A DNA stretch of 64,000 bases, from contig NC_086373.1 of assembly GCF_036588685.1 (NCBI RefSeq), positions 51,398,001 to 51,462,000 of the forward strand, written 5' to 3'. Shown here piece by piece: positions 1-14,364 of this stretch. The notes under the pieces were generated by a model. The model searched no databases and had not been told where the DNA came from. It saw only the letters and a program-made list of their open reading frames with translations. Every line of letters begins with the position of its first letter. Position 1 is the first letter of the stretch. Both the position numbers and the translations under genes were made by a program. This DNA comes from Mytilus trossulus (lineage: Eukaryota).

Positions 1-2308
1 TATTGCATAGAATATTCATGAAATCGAAAGATAAGTCAAATTCGCTTCTGAATTCTACTAATGAAGCATATAAAATATCACAAAACGTCGCCACAGTGGG
101 ACCAATATGTTTCAATGTATATTCAGGCTCCTCACAAATATAATTAACTGTCTTAAGCAAAAGTATATTTTAGTGGATGTTTGGAATCGGCTTCATTGAT
201 CTGTAGGAATCAGAAAATCGTATATCAGAGGAACGCTGCAATGAGCGAGAGCAGGCAACAAAGTGAGACGAAAACAAACGAGAACAAGACCCTCGTGAAA
301 GGATGAATGATTTCATATAATATTATTAAATGAATAAATGAATAACAGTACTATGTTTGAAGAGTTACCACCATAATTTGGAGTTTGACGACCGAAATTG
401 CAACAAAATGAGTTGTAGACAAGAATCATGTTACTAGGTTGAGAGTCTTAGCTTGTTATTAGATTGAAAGTCTAAGCTTATACAACTAACAATTGCTAAG
501 GACGAACAAACTCAGCAATATTCAGCAATAGTTATCAAAGATGAAATGCTTATATTTTTGTACGCCAGACGCGGTTTAGTCAACTTAAGAATTAGAAATG
601 CCTTCTTTCTGTTTTATTAGGACGAAAAGCCTTGACTGAAGTACATTATTATGAAAAGAGACAGAAAACAACGTGTTAATATTTATTGGAATCCACCGTT
701 CTAAGACAAAAGAACAACAAAAAAAAAATAAACAGAGGTAAAGGTTACAGATAAGTGTATGTATATATATATCTATGACTTTGCATAAAATGGAGTCATG
801 CAAATAATTTATAGAGTTTTATGACTGTTGTTCCATTAGTGCAATATTCAGGCGTTCAGTGTTGGCATTTTGTAGGAAACTAACTTATAAGCTAAACCCA
901 AACTTTCAAAAGCAGATTTTATTGACCAATATCTAATTTTGATTGGAAATGGTTTGTGAAGCCTTAAAATTTGTTGATCAGCAAAATGAAACAATATATT
1001 GTGCATCTATCTGATACTGAATCCACAAAACAGGACCACCGGTAACAGGAACACCCCTTTTCACCTGTTACAAGTAAAATCGATATTTAATTAACAAAAT
1101 AAAAATAGATGAGTGTCCGTGATGTCTAACACAGCCATCAGAACGCACCATATCGTTTCATGTATATTTCACCTACTGACATTATGTCGATTCCAGTCAG
1201 ACGGGGTTCGGTTTATCGATGCCTTGTGTCCAATGGTAGAAAAACACGCCACGAAGAGGTCACAAAGTGTTAATCCAATTAGATATCCGCATCATTGGAA
1301 TACGAAATCAACTATACTCTACAATTAAATAACATGGGATTAGGTCAACTGCGTGCATTCACAGGTTTTCTCAGTACAGTTGTTGCTATCAGCAGTAGCC
1401 GACAATTAAATTCCGCCATTTTATAGTACTTCTGTTAAATAATTGATAAGCAGAACTGTAAGTGACCATGAATATCTTTAAATTAGAGTATTACACTTGC
1501 TTATGGATATGAGATAAAAGATCGTTCATTCTTGGTGTTTCTTAAGATAAATTCAGACTAAAAGATGACACCAAGTAAAATGGATAACAACTCAAACCGC
1601 TTTTTATAGTTTAGTAAATATTGATTACAAAAAAAAATTGTTCAGAACCACTTTGTGACTCAACATTTTTCTGTCGTTTAATATATTATTTAGTACTTTA
1701 TATTGTCCCCGTCTTTTTCCCTTCATTTCCCAAGTCGCATCGAAACAGAAAATTCCTGATTTCCATGTGCACTTATATAGTGATTTTTCTGACAATAAAT
1801 TCAAAGTAACAAATTTGACTAAAATTCAGTTATAAACCTAATCATTGATCAATATAATATCCTAATGCTAGTATAATCATAAATAACATCTTCATCCATT
1901 TCATGTGACAGATTTTTGTTGTACAATCAGTATAATTAGTTATCTAAATGGTTTTCGGAAGGATGATCAAATATAGAATTTGTAATTCCATGATATTGAC
2001 ATCGACAAGTGAATAAATGGACGATAAATGCAAATTAACATCAGAATTCAAAAATGCTTTTTATGTTCTGGCATTCGTGATGTCAAGGCCAAGATTGTAT
2101 TGTATTTAAATTTCTGACTACTGACTGTCTCCGTTAAAATAATGTGTATTTTGTCCTTGAAGAATGCCATTTGCCCTATAAATTATAATAAATTTTTTCT
2201 TTAAAATATTGATTCCTATTATAACATTTTTAGGAGAAATAAGTACAAATTATGGCATCAAGTAAGTTGTTTGCATTGACAATTATTTATGCACTGAAAA
2301 TTTCAGAA

Positions 2309-2440
2309 ATCAAAGGTAACAGGATTATAATTTAGTACGCCAAACGCGCGTTTCGTCTTCAAAAGACTCACCAGTGACGCTCATATCAAAATATTTATAA
2401 AGCTAAACAAGTACAAAGTTGAAGAGCATTGAGGATCCAA
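2309..2440 (-). mobile_element. Retrozyme-like repeat with mutated type I hammerhead (HHR 2336-2382)
   Basis: Minus strand reads GAGCGTCA CTGGTGA GTCTTTTGAAGAC GAAA CGCGCGTT TGGCGT. The core is CUGGUGA instead of CUGAUGA. Flanks match the copies at 41333-41485 and 43630-43765. Confidence 0.75.
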
Positions 2441-2492
2441 CATTTCAAATTGTGAAGTGATACAATGAAACATGGTTGCGTTATCGTTATAA

Positions 2493-2549
2493 ATAAACTC
2501 ATCATAGATACCAGGACTAAATTTAGTATATACGCCAGACGCGCGTTTC
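2493..2549 (-). mobile_element. Truncated retrozyme fragment (3' half of hammerhead)
   Basis: AAACTCATCATAGATACCAGGACTAAATTT...TACGCCAGACGCGCGTTTC is nearly identical to 41335-41389. Confidence 0.7.
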
Positions 2550-4674
2550 ATAAACGATGTTGACTTAGAATATATTACATCTTAGAAATTTTTTTAAAGA
2601 TGTTCAAATCATTAACTGATATATACAAAACATTTTACTCAGCCTACAGGGTGGACATATAAAGTACCGTATAACAGTGTGTTCCGATGCATAAGTAAAC
2701 ATAATGTTATGACACACTTTTACAATATAATACTTTAAATATGAATGGAATGATGTATAGATAATGTAAGACCATTGTCAACTGTTTACATGTTTTCTTC
2801 AGCAATTATGAAGGGTTTCTACGAGGGAACTAATGTTAGATGTTTTTCGTTTTAATATAAATAAGGCCGTTGGTTTCCTGTTTGATTTGTTTTACACTAG
2901 TCATGTATCGGGTCCCTTAAAGCTGTTCGATGCGAGTAAAGATTCCGTGTTTAAGGACGTACTTTGACCTATAACGGTTTACTATTACAAATTACGACTA
3001 AGAGAGGATGCATTGACACTCATTTCACATCTTCTTATGTCTATCTAGAAGATCTTTATAAAAGCAAGACATTAGCAAAGGAAATATCAATAATTCTTTT
3101 GATTTTAACGACACGTCAAAGGACGGAACTGGAAGTGCAGCTACATAAAAAGTTCTGAAACATATGTTGAAAATCGATAACTAGTATATTCCAAACATGA
3201 AAATGTCGTTTAATCACTACGAATCTATATAACCTTTTATATTGTTATATAATGCAGTGCAGTTTTTACTGAATGCTGTGGAGATATGTGTCATGATATT
3301 AAGTAGAGAAGGAAAAAGGAAAAATCACAGGTAACCGGGTTACCCGACTTCCTCAATTAGCAAACAATAATAATATACAGTATTCTATGACAGGCCTTGG
3401 AATATCAGAAATGTGAAGAAAAAAAATCTAAATCGAACAACAACTTCTGACATGAGCACACAAAGAGAGACAAGATCAGATAAACAAGTAGTAAATGAAG
3501 TAACACAACACGTTTTATCATATACCACTTATAATCATGTAGACCTCCATTGAGATTACCTTCAATAAGTAATTAAAATTGCAATAATTTTGGTTTCTAT
3601 GATGAATCACGAAATAGTTGGTTTTAAAGTGACGATGATTTTACACTGCTTTTCGCAAATTTTGATGAAACACATTAAATTAAAGAAATATTTCTTTGAA
3701 ACATGCCAGGCCTTTCTGAAAATCTATATTATAAAGTAATTTCAAATCTGGGTTCGAGTGAGACGGGTAATAAGAAGCTTGATGTTTCACTGGAGACCAT
3801 TATGGAAGACGCATAAACTATTCCTGAAAGGTCATAGTGACCTTTGCTCTTGTAAAAAGTTAATACTTATATTACCTGGTAAGAAAAATTGGATAGTTTT
3901 GTAGTTTATAAGTCATCCATTTTTTATTATGTTTGTGGTAATAAAGTTTTGTCTTGGAGTTTTTTAATGAATACAAGACAATTTTTTAATAAAACATCTT
4001 CTTTGTAAGACAAGCTGACATTTAATGACAATATATTATTCAGTATAATATGATTGCAGTAAAAGGTCAGACTAAGTACACTACAGATTACCCCGACATT
4101 TATCCTGAATAATACTTCATATGGCATTTTAGTTTTGCATTCAATATACAGCTGATATTTATTGGAAAATCTGGTCGCTTAAGTCAATAATTTGACTCGA
4201 TGTGTTGTAGTATTAATATGTGGATATTTATTTTCTAAACATTAATTCTTTAGCAACTGAACATTGACGGGGATGTCATTTGATAGCAACAATATGCTAT
4301 ATTGATGATTGCATAACACGCTTATGTAATACCATAAAAGCAGGAAAGTTCAATGCAAGAAAATTCCATTAGTTTGTAATATTGCACAGTTATGACATAT
4401 AAGCCATTAATGCTTCATTGCACACGTAATAATCAATGAATGAGAAAGAAAAAAGTAGTTATATGCACAAAACATAGAAAGAAAACTCTTACTCCAGTTA
4501 GATATACATGTACACAGAAATACTATGACGAACAGTTTGTGTAAATAAAGAAATAAAGGATAACATTTTATAAATGTTATGGGTCCAATGCATTTTTTCT
4601 ACGTTTACCTTCACAAGGTACGATGAAAATCAAATATTTAAAAGCCAAGTATGAATAAAATCCGAAAATGCAGA

Positions 4675-5630
4675 TGGTATGATACTAAACCCCTAACAGG
4701 AAGGATCGTGTCTGATGTTCATATGATGAAATCATAATCTTTCATTCAGTTTAATTGAAGTCTGGAGCTGGCATGTCAGTTAACTGCTAGTAGTCTGTTG
4801 TTATTTATGTATTATTGTCATTTTGTTTATTTTCTTTGGTTACATCTTCTGACATCAGACTCGGACTTATCTTGAACTGAATTTTAATGTGCGTATTGTT
4901 ATGCGTTTACTTTTCTACATTGGTTAGAGGTATAGGGGAGGGTTGAGATCTCACAAACATGTTTAATCCTGCCGCATTTTTTCGCCTGTCCCAAGTCAGG
5001 AGCCTCTGGCCTTTGTTAGTCTTGTATTATTTTAGTTTTAGTTTCTTGTGTACAATTTGGAAATTAGTATGGCGTTCATTATCACTGAACTAGTATAAAG
5101 ATATAGGAAGATGTGGTGTGAGTGCCAATGAGACAACTCTCCATCCAAACAACAATTCAAAAATTAAACCATTATAGGTTAAAGTACGGCCTTCAACACG
5201 GAGCCTTGGCTCACACCGAACAACAAGCTATAAAGGGCCCCAAAATAACTAGTGTAAAACCATTCAAACGGGAAAACCAACGGTCTAATCTGTATAAACA
5301 AAACGAGAAACAAGAAACACGTATATATTACATAAACAAACGACAACTACTGTACATCAGATTCCTGGCTTAGGACAGGTGCAAACATTTGCAGCGGGAT
5401 TAAACGTTTTAATGGGCCCAAACCTTCTCCCTTTTTCTGAAACAATAGCATAACATCACAACATATAAAAACATACGATATATTTGTTTAGGGGCCAGCT
5501 GAAGGACGCCTCCGGGTGCGGGAATTTCTCGCTACATTGAAGACCTGTTGGTGACCTTCTCCTGTTAATTTTTTTTTTGGTCGGGTTGTTGTCTCTTTGA
5601 CACATTCCCCATTTCCATTCTCAATTTTAT
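4675..5630. mobile_element. SINE-like interspersed repeat family A, interrupted by a family B-type insertion
   Basis: Reverse complement of 27424-27895 and 45334-45557. Continuity (CTGAACTAGTATA|TATTTGTTTAGGGGCC) is broken by about 5097-5478. Confidence 0.75.
5097..5478. mobile_element. SINE-like repeat (family B variant) nested in family A
   Basis: GAAGATGTGG...CCAATGAGACAACT...GTACGGCCTTCAACA motif is shared with the copies at 14014, 25538, 38820 and 63765. Confidence 0.7.
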
Positions 5631-7737
5631 TCTATATATGACGAAAAGAAACATATAACTCAAATCAAATCCATTTTAGTTCAAATGCGAAAGTTTTTTT
5701 TATCAATTCAAAGAAACCTGTCTTTCAAAGTTGGTTATACGAAAAACGGAATAAGCAGGAAAATGGAAGTAAACGAGTTTAATTGTTGTAGTATAATTTA
5801 AGAACTAGACGGGACTTTCCTGCATCATATCTCATATTGACCTATGATAACACGTGTCACATTAAAGATGTAAAGACAGGGAAACTTATTTTGTTTGAAA
5901 GCTGTACAAAGACAAGAACTATATTAATTTAGTCAAAAGACTCACTGTGTTACATCTATGTATTTGTATCTTTTGCGTTATCACCATTTTTGGTTTATGC
6001 GATCAATGGATTAGAAAGTCCTTTTGGTTTAAAATGTAGCGTTTATCGAATTTCAAACGTCAGAGTCGAAGCTTGTGTAACAAAACGGTGTACCCTATGA
6101 ATTTAATGTGTTTGAAGTGTTTTCCTGGATATTCTGTGTCATTGCATAAGTTAGAAAAAAGAAACTCGATTAAAGCATTTCAATTGGCATCTAGATTTTA
6201 CCAAAGAAATACATCTAATTTGATAGTTTGTACATCTATTTCAGTACAGTTCTTTTTACTTTAAATATTTACACTCATTAAGAAAAACAGAGTGGTAATA
6301 GACAACTAATACAGGAATACAACCGAACAAATGGCTCTCTTAATGTTTGTTCAGGACAATATTGGATTCAAACAAATGTCTTTTTCCTTAGGAGAAAATT
6401 TAACTTGCCAATAAATCACCATGGATTCTAATTGTAAAACATTTCGGAAAAACGTGTTTAAGACAGCAACAGTTGTGCATTTATCTTTACATTACAAAAG
6501 TGCTATGCAGATGAAACTTACTTCTAGTGTACTAAAGTATACACCTGGAATCTTTGATGAAATTTTACTATTTTTCTAAGGAACAGAAGATGAGTGCATA
6601 GTTTTTTCTTGTTTTTTTCTTGTTTTTTTTTTAAAGGAAGAGAAAGTCAAATATAACTGGGTATTTGTTTCATCCAGGATTTTATTTATTCTAAAACAAG
6701 TTTATCTTATCAGTACATAAAACCGATTACTATAAATGTTTCCTTTACTACATAACGGCGCATAATTTATACACAGAAGAATGTGCAATTTGTTAGAGAT
6801 GCTACATTGTTCTTTAACTTAATGTCTGAATAAAATAAAAACTGATACTTTTATAATTTTTTAAATATGCCCAAAAAAAATCCAAAGCCCCGGAAAAACA
6901 TTTCTCCGATATATTCTTTGCTTTAAGTATGTTGAAAATAAGAAATAAAGTGTAATACATTCAATGCATCTGAAACGAAAAATTCTTTTTGTGTATTTAA
7001 AGCGCTATCAGCTAAACAAAAAAAATTAACAAATCCAAAGGTGTATAAGTACATAAACAGCTTTAAGACCAAAAGGGACATAAAAAGATAATCAAATCCA
7101 TCTAAGGGCAATTGTGCCTGTGGGAGTTGGAACCTTAGTTTCTATGCAGTAAGATATAAAAATCTCCATTCAGTTTTCATGGCGACAAGTATCCATTAAT
7201 AATTTGTTTATACAGACAAGCTTCTTATACAAGGATACGCGTTTGTTCGCCTGCATATATGTACACAACACACACAACTAACTTTGTGTCGACTTGAAAT
7301 TCCTGTTTAAGTTCTGGAGACAGCACAAAGTTGATTGCAAATGAAGAAAAGGCATGAAAACATATGGGTAACCAACAAAGTTCTGACTATAAAGAAAGAA
7401 ATGGAATAAACTCGGCCATCATTATGTAAGTTTATGTAAGTTTATTCTGAAAACCTTAATTTCAGATCTAAAACAACAGCATTAAAATATGGCTATAACA
7501 TTATTTCAATTAATCCTTCATACCAAAACAGTATAAATCATAACAAAACTTTTGAAAGTTTATGTCAGTTTATGTAAGTTAAACTGCTAGCAATCTAATT
7601 GTGAAATACACAAAATAAAATACAAACGTTTAGAAAACCACATGGAACTTCAAGGTAACTTGGCTTAACTTCAATTAAGTCACGATTTCGATACCCATAA
7701 AACCCAACAAGAGACAGTTATATATCGTATACATGAA

Positions 7738-8250
7738 ATAGAGGAGAAAGATACCAAAAGGACATATAAACTCAGACGTCGAAAGCAAACAGACAATTCC
7801 TTGGCAAAAAGTGAATAACAATCAGAAGGCAAACAACAGTGAAGCAAATATTATATAAAAACTAGAATGGTTAAAACGAACCCGAGCATATACCAAGAGT
7901 GATTACAGGTACTTTGGAAGGGTGAAAGGATCCTGCGTTCACCCGTCGTGATGTTCGTGCCAGTACACACCCGTTGTGATGTTCGTGCCAGTACAATCCC
8001 GTTGCTATGTCTTATATGGTAGGTCACACTCGAGGAATGAGTACGTGATTGTGATTATGATCATTGTAAATACCGACAGTGATTACAGGTACTTTGGAAG
8101 GGTAAAAGGATCCTGCGTTCACCCGTCGTGATGTTCGTGCCAGTACACACCCGTTGTGATGTTCGTGCCAGTACACACCCGTTGCTATGTCTTATATGGT
8201 AGGTCAACTCGAGGAATGAGTACGGGATTGTGGTTATGACAATTGTAACA
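7738..8250 (-). repeat. Penelope-like 3'-end fragment with a 180-bp tandem duplication (7890-8069 / 8070-8248)
   Basis: Two near-identical 180-bp units, each with internal 29-bp repeats. Similar in reverse orientation to 39890-40653. Confidence 0.7.
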
Positions 8251-8992
8251 TTTATAAAAGATTTACATGACAATGTGCGATGACATATGTCAACGAATAT
8301 TATCTGCACATTCGAAAATATATTCTAAAAGGGACTGTTTCAACATTTCAAATTAAAATCAATATAAATTCTCTTCTTTATCACAGACATGAGAGACAGG
8401 ATGATAATGCTATGAGTAAGCTTCACCAACTCACACGACAATGCAATGTGGTGCCTCTTGTTTGTTAATTACTGCTATGGAGAATTTTTCTACAATTTCA
8501 AACAGCGGAAAGTATTTTTTATACAATTGCCGCAAACATCCATCAGACCAATTGTACAAAATTAAGCATGAGATCATGGAAACATTCTAATTTACCAGTA
8601 TATATTGATTTGATAACTATATTGGGTAATGAATTAAATCTTCCACTCGGTATAAATGACAGAAATTACACAACCGAATCTTATCGTCTGCCAAAATCTT
8701 CCTCCGCTCAGCCATAAAAATCGAACTTTTCTCTATGATTAATATGATTATCATCGATTATGTAGACAATTATTTGAAGAATGACTGAGAATCTTTCGAC
8801 ATGTATTTAGATATGCCTTAATCATAAATACAAAAGAGAATACAAGTTGCTTTCTTTAAAAAAAGAAATGCAATCGTAAACCCAAATGCTTGTTTGGCAT
8901 TATATATTAGATAATTGTTTAAGAAAGATGTATTGTTTTATATTACTTTTGTTGTGCATTAGAAACTGGCATTGCCTGTTTACTCAATGTAA

Positions 8993-9255
8993 TACCGGCT
9001 TCACACATCAACGTATAGCTCCGACGTACGTCGACCGTGGTAAAAAAAAATCATGCACGCTCTTGTAGCGTGTATATTATGTGCGTGCAGTTTACAGGTA
9101 TACGCTTGACAAACGCTTAAGCTGAATGAAAATTTGTATTTTCCATTAAAATTTCCTGGAGTAAAAGCGTTCACCAAGCGTATACCTTTGCATTTCGACG
9201 TACTTCAAACTTATGCAACGCGCTTTTAAACGCTTGCTTAGCGTTCCTCTGGTGA
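8993..9255. mobile_element. Probable truncated end of a Harbinger-like MITE
   Basis: ACCGGCTTCACAC start resembles the TIRs at 26917 and 29141, followed by CpG-rich AGCGT/ACGCT subterminal repeats. No partner TIR found. Confidence 0.35.
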
Positions 9256-9264
9256 GCAACTAAG

Positions 9265-9630
9265 TTGAATTGTTTTACATTGTCTTTTCGGGGCCTCTTA
9301 TAACTGACTATATGCGGTATGGGCTTTTCTCATTGTTGAAGGCCGTACGGTGACCTATAATTGTTAATGTTTGTGTCATTTTGGTCTTTTGTGGATAGTT
9401 GTATCATTGGCAATCATACCACATCTTCTTTTTTATATGCATACGATGATACGGACTTTGTTAATTTTCTATTGTCATTTCGGGGCCTTTTATAGCCGGC
9501 TATGCGGTATGTGCATTCGTGTTGTTGAAGACCGTACGGTGACCCATAGTTTGTATTTCTGTGTTATTTTGGTTTCTTGTAGATAGTTGTCTCATTAATT
9601 GACACCAAACCACATCTTCTTTCTTATATT
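9265..9630. mobile_element. Two tandem partial family B SINE-like copies
   Basis: Reverse complement of the family B motif (TTGTTGAAGGCCGTACGGTGACCTATA...CCACATCTTCTT) occurs twice. Confidence 0.7.
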
Positions 9631-11388
9631 CGATATCTTATCGCCGACCTTGTTAAGTCTGCTAAAATTGCATGCATGATTAATTTTTAGGTTATCATGC
9701 AGTCGTAATTGAAGTGGCACATTTAATTCGTTGTTTCATTGCTCGAGTATTATTTTTTACATCTGCATGGTCAAATGTGTATTTTTTAAAAATAAATTTT
9801 AGATTTAGTTTTCAGTGTTATTTTTCCCCCCTTCATGTTGAATATCTATACTTATCAGTCGCATTTTAATGACGAAAAGGTATCAGAGGTTATGTGACCT
9901 CTTTGTTTTAAAAATAAAGGAAATATTTAAACAAAGAAAATAACTTTAAATTTGCAATATTAATGAAAATAAATACGGACATTATATACATTTTGTACTT
10001 TCATAATTAATTTTTGACGTTATTTTCAATAAATGATATATTTTGAAAAATCCTCGTTTTTTTACACCTATTTGAGGCACATACTTATGATTATGTTGCC
10101 ACGTCCTTGGTCTATCATAGACGTAAAATTTCAAGAAAGTGCTAAAAGTTTTTTTAAAGATTTTATTTTTAATTATTCTTGTTCAGATAGAATATAAAGC
10201 GCATTGTTTACATGAAATCTTATCTCATATTTAAACACAGCTGGTTACATCGTTTGACTCTAATTAAAATACTACGCATGTAGGTTAATATTAGCAGCTT
10301 GTAATCGTGTGCAAGAAAATATTATATCATAATAAATTTCAGATCATACGTAAAATATCTCTGTAGCAACTTAAGATGCTGATGCATATTCAACAGATTA
10401 GTAACCTATTGCGCATGTATTTGAAAGGTGGTCATAGAAAGAACAGAAATGTTCCGAATATCATCCGGTGTTCCGAAAGACTACATCACTCGTCCAATAT
10501 ATACTGCGTAAACCCTCAGGGGTTTACGCAATAATATGTATGAATATACGGAAGATCGGTGATGTATACAACGCCTGGTTACACAACAGACATGCTTTTT
10601 AATCATGAAAGTCAAATTCTATTTAATACATCATAATGTTATAATTGCATTCCATACATTCGACATTTTTCCTCCGAATGACCTCCTGTCATTCCATTGA
10701 ATAATTTCATCGACTTATGTCATGGCGAGGTCTTACATAAGAATACTTGATTAGACAGTCTTATATTCGGTTATCCTCCATCTTTTGAATGTAAATCTAG
10801 CACAGTAGGAGAAAGCTTACTTTCGGATGATAACTTTTCATGGCGCCAACAAGTTGGTCGAGGGATTCAAAGTTCTAATAAAAGCTTAATAAGAATTCAA
10901 AGATGTATAAACCGAGACAGAAGAAATCAATAATATTCGATCCTCTACTTTCCAGATTAAGCACATGCGTATTGCACTACCACTGTTCCTATATTTCTTC
11001 TGCTATTAAGACAATTTTATTTCTAATTTTGTTGGTATGTCTTTGTTGATGGAATAATGTTTATTATGTCTTAACCATGTTAACTGTGTCTATCCTGGAC
11101 CTTGGCCTAATATCTGCTTTGAATCCCTCCTGTCGAGCTGTGGTGCATTGTTTTTTCCAAGAAGGAACTCACTTTGGAGAAATAAACATGTACGGCGTTC
11201 GTGTGTCGGTGCAGTAGTTAAGCAAGTTCTTGGATACTCACATAATGTTCAACACAAATCAACTGAAGACTCAAACTTTCTCAAGCAAAATTGGTCGTTG
11301 ATGAAATTTGATATTCGTTTTGGATATCTTTTGTCATAATGCACTCAAGTACCTACACATCATTCAATTTGGCTTTCGTCCACATCAA

Positions 11389-11915
11389 AGGAGTAGGTTC
11401 AGCAAAACCCCTTTCGGCCCCCAAAAATAGCAGTTTTACAAAATTGTGAAAATGTAATCTTTAAGCTAAATTTTGGAAAGTAAAATGCTTCGGCTACATA
11501 AATACGGGCTGTTTTTGACAATACAATGCACAAATATCGCGTACAACTTGAGCATCATTAAGTCATTCTAAATTACTGAAATCTTCAAAATTTTAGCATT
11601 TTGGTTAATTTTTAGACGGTTTCCGTCTAAAATGAAAGTGGCTGCATTCGTATTCATTCATAATATTGAAATGTAAGTTGTATTTGATGATAATACAAAA
11701 CATATATAAAGGTTGAGGATGAGCACGGATGCAGTCACTTTCATTTTTGACAAAAGCCATCTGAAAAGTGACGTTTTTGGCATATTTGATAGATTGTACA
11801 TAAACTTAATCAAATCAATTGAAGTAGACACTTAAGTGTTTAAAAAGTGTCCAAAACTTTCGTTCGATGAACCTGAAATTTGAGGCCAAAATCGGCCCTT
11901 ACCGGACCTACTCCT
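11389..11915. mobile_element. Kolobok-like non-autonomous DNA transposon (MITE)
   Basis: TIRs AGGAGTAGGTTCAGCAA... / ...TTACCGGACCTACTCCT, flanked by TCAA / TTTA (degenerate TTAA TSD). Confidence 0.6.
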
Positions 11916-14013
11916 TTTATAATGTTATTTTCCTAACTATTCCAAGGAGCTGGAGCCATATAAGTTATTCTAAAAACCCGAAATGCTTAGTGTTTTAACG
12001 CTAATACGGAAGTTCTTATAAATTATAGATTATAAGTTCTTCTATATGCAAGGCCGTATGTTCGACAGGGAGTCAAACAGTTAACAATTATCTAAACACC
12101 GCATCAAACAAAAATTAATAACAAAAGAAACGATTTTTCGTTCCTTATTGTGAACTAGCTTTCAGTACTGTGAGTTATCTTAGTGCGACACTTTCTGTCT
12201 CTTGTGTTTGTGTTAGTTGCTTTGTGCTTCGTGCCGATCTGGAAAGTCAAGTATGTTTTTCCTAAAGTTTATTACCATGTTGCGCTTTTATACCAATGTC
12301 CTACGTTTATGGAATACTAGTATACAAGGATCACAAACATGTTTAACCCTCACATTCTGTATGTGCCTGTCCTAAGTCCAAAGCCTTTTATTAAGTAGTT
12401 GTTGTTTGCTGTATGTTTTCATTTGGACTTCGTTTCATAGTTGTCTCATTGGCAACAATACCACATTTCCCTATTTTATTTCAATAAAACATCCATACTG
12501 TTCTAACGGCAACGATGGTTACATTCAAGGAAAATGCCACCTTAATTCAAGTCAAATTTGGCTCAACCTCAAAATATTACAGCCAGAATCGTGCAAATAT
12601 CAAAAGTAAAAAAGACAGTGTAGGTCTAACGACCAATCAGAAACGGTATCAAATAAATCAAAATAAACACATAAAAATCGATTGCAGTGAACTTGATAGT
12701 TGACATAATTCCCATTGCTTTGGAGAATTATGAGGTTAGCTGCAATGCAGAAAACAATTAAAAGTAAAGACAATAACTCATTTCTGTAATATACAAGTAT
12801 TAAATATTTATAATCAAGTTTGATTTACATTAAAGCAAACATATCATGAGTAGCGACGAAATACATTTAATTAAAATATTGCATACACATTACTTTTTCT
12901 GAAGTATTATATTTTCAAGCAAGGAATAAAGACTAGGTGTTAGATTAATTTTTTCATAATAGCACGTAGCTATCTAAGGTACACAGCTTATATACCTTCA
13001 TGGTTGATTAAATTTCAAATACACCAGTATCGAAAGTTGTATTATAGTTGTAAAATCGAGTTCACCCTAAAGTCTTTAATTAGTTCTGAAGGCTTGCAAT
13101 TTCGATTTGTTTTGTTAAGCTGGACACGGTGATTATACACTGATTGAGTTTCTCAAATTAACTGATCATTTTGAAGATTCATTTAGAAACGCACTGAAAT
13201 TACCATTTTGCATTTCAATTTGTTTGTTACACTGCACTATTGATATGCAATAAAGCAGAAATATTAATCATGTCATGTATGAACGTTGAGTTTGAAAAAG
13301 TGCAAATTGATCATCATGATTGAAATATCTGTTTGGGTTTGAAATACGTGAGTTGTTCAACTGGAGTTTTTTTTTGTAGCAAGTTTTTTAAAACATTATT
13401 TAAAAAGAGGGAGCTAATACCATTGTGATAATTTGGCAATTACAAATAAAACACATAAGAACCGCCTGTCCTGCTCTAGCAATCAGATATAGGATGAAAC
13501 AGCAAATGCATTTCCGACACAATAAATTGTTTTGTAAAACTGGTACCTTTGATGAGTGTTTTATTTATCATTCTATATGCCGTCTTTATTGAATTTGTAA
13601 ATGCTGGATCTTCTACCACTTGATAAGCAGATAAACTTTGCTAAAAACCTTTTGAATATGTGGGATGTATAACTACTAAGACACATCATTTCGGTATGGA
13701 AACATTGAATCAGACATCTGGTAAAGATGAATGTCAAACTCCCTATACGTTAAAATAATATGGCCTGCTGCAAGACAAAATTTTCGCTCTCTTTTTCGGT
13801 TTGGAGTTTAAATTTCCCGGCGTTTATCCTGATCAAATCATTTTGCACAAACCACCTAATGCATATATTGTTAAATTGTTCTTTAGCTTGAAAATGCGTG
13901 AAATATTTGTCACTGGACATTCATTAAATCAATCTATACAACGAAAATAATATACTTAATATAACTTTCGATGATTTGAGTAATAACTTCGGTTTATAAA
14001 AAAAATGTGTTAA

Positions 14014-14364
14014 ATATAAAAAAGAAGATGTGGTATGATTGTTAATGAGACAACTATCCACAAAAGACGAAAATGACACAGGCATTAACAACTATAGGTG
14101 ACCGTACGGACTTCAACAATGAGCAAAGCCCATACTGCATAGTCAGCTATAAAAGGCCCCGATAAGACAATGTAAAACAATTCAAACGAGAAAACTAACG
14201 GCCTTATTTATGTAAAAAATTAACAAAAAACAAATATGTAACACATACACAAACGACAACCACTGAATTACAGGCTCCTGACTTGGGACAGGTACATACA
14301 TAAATAATGTGGCGGGGTTAAACATGTAAGCGGGATCCCAACCCTCCCCTAACCTGGGACAGTG
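14014..14364. mobile_element. SINE-like repeat family B
   Basis: High identity to 25538-25980, 38820-39140 and 63765-64000. Confidence 0.8.

Noticed and set aside
5811-5820. Canonical NF-kB site GGGACTTTCC
   Set aside because: Isolated 10-mer more than 40 kb from the TIR genes with no supporting context; a post-hoc match.
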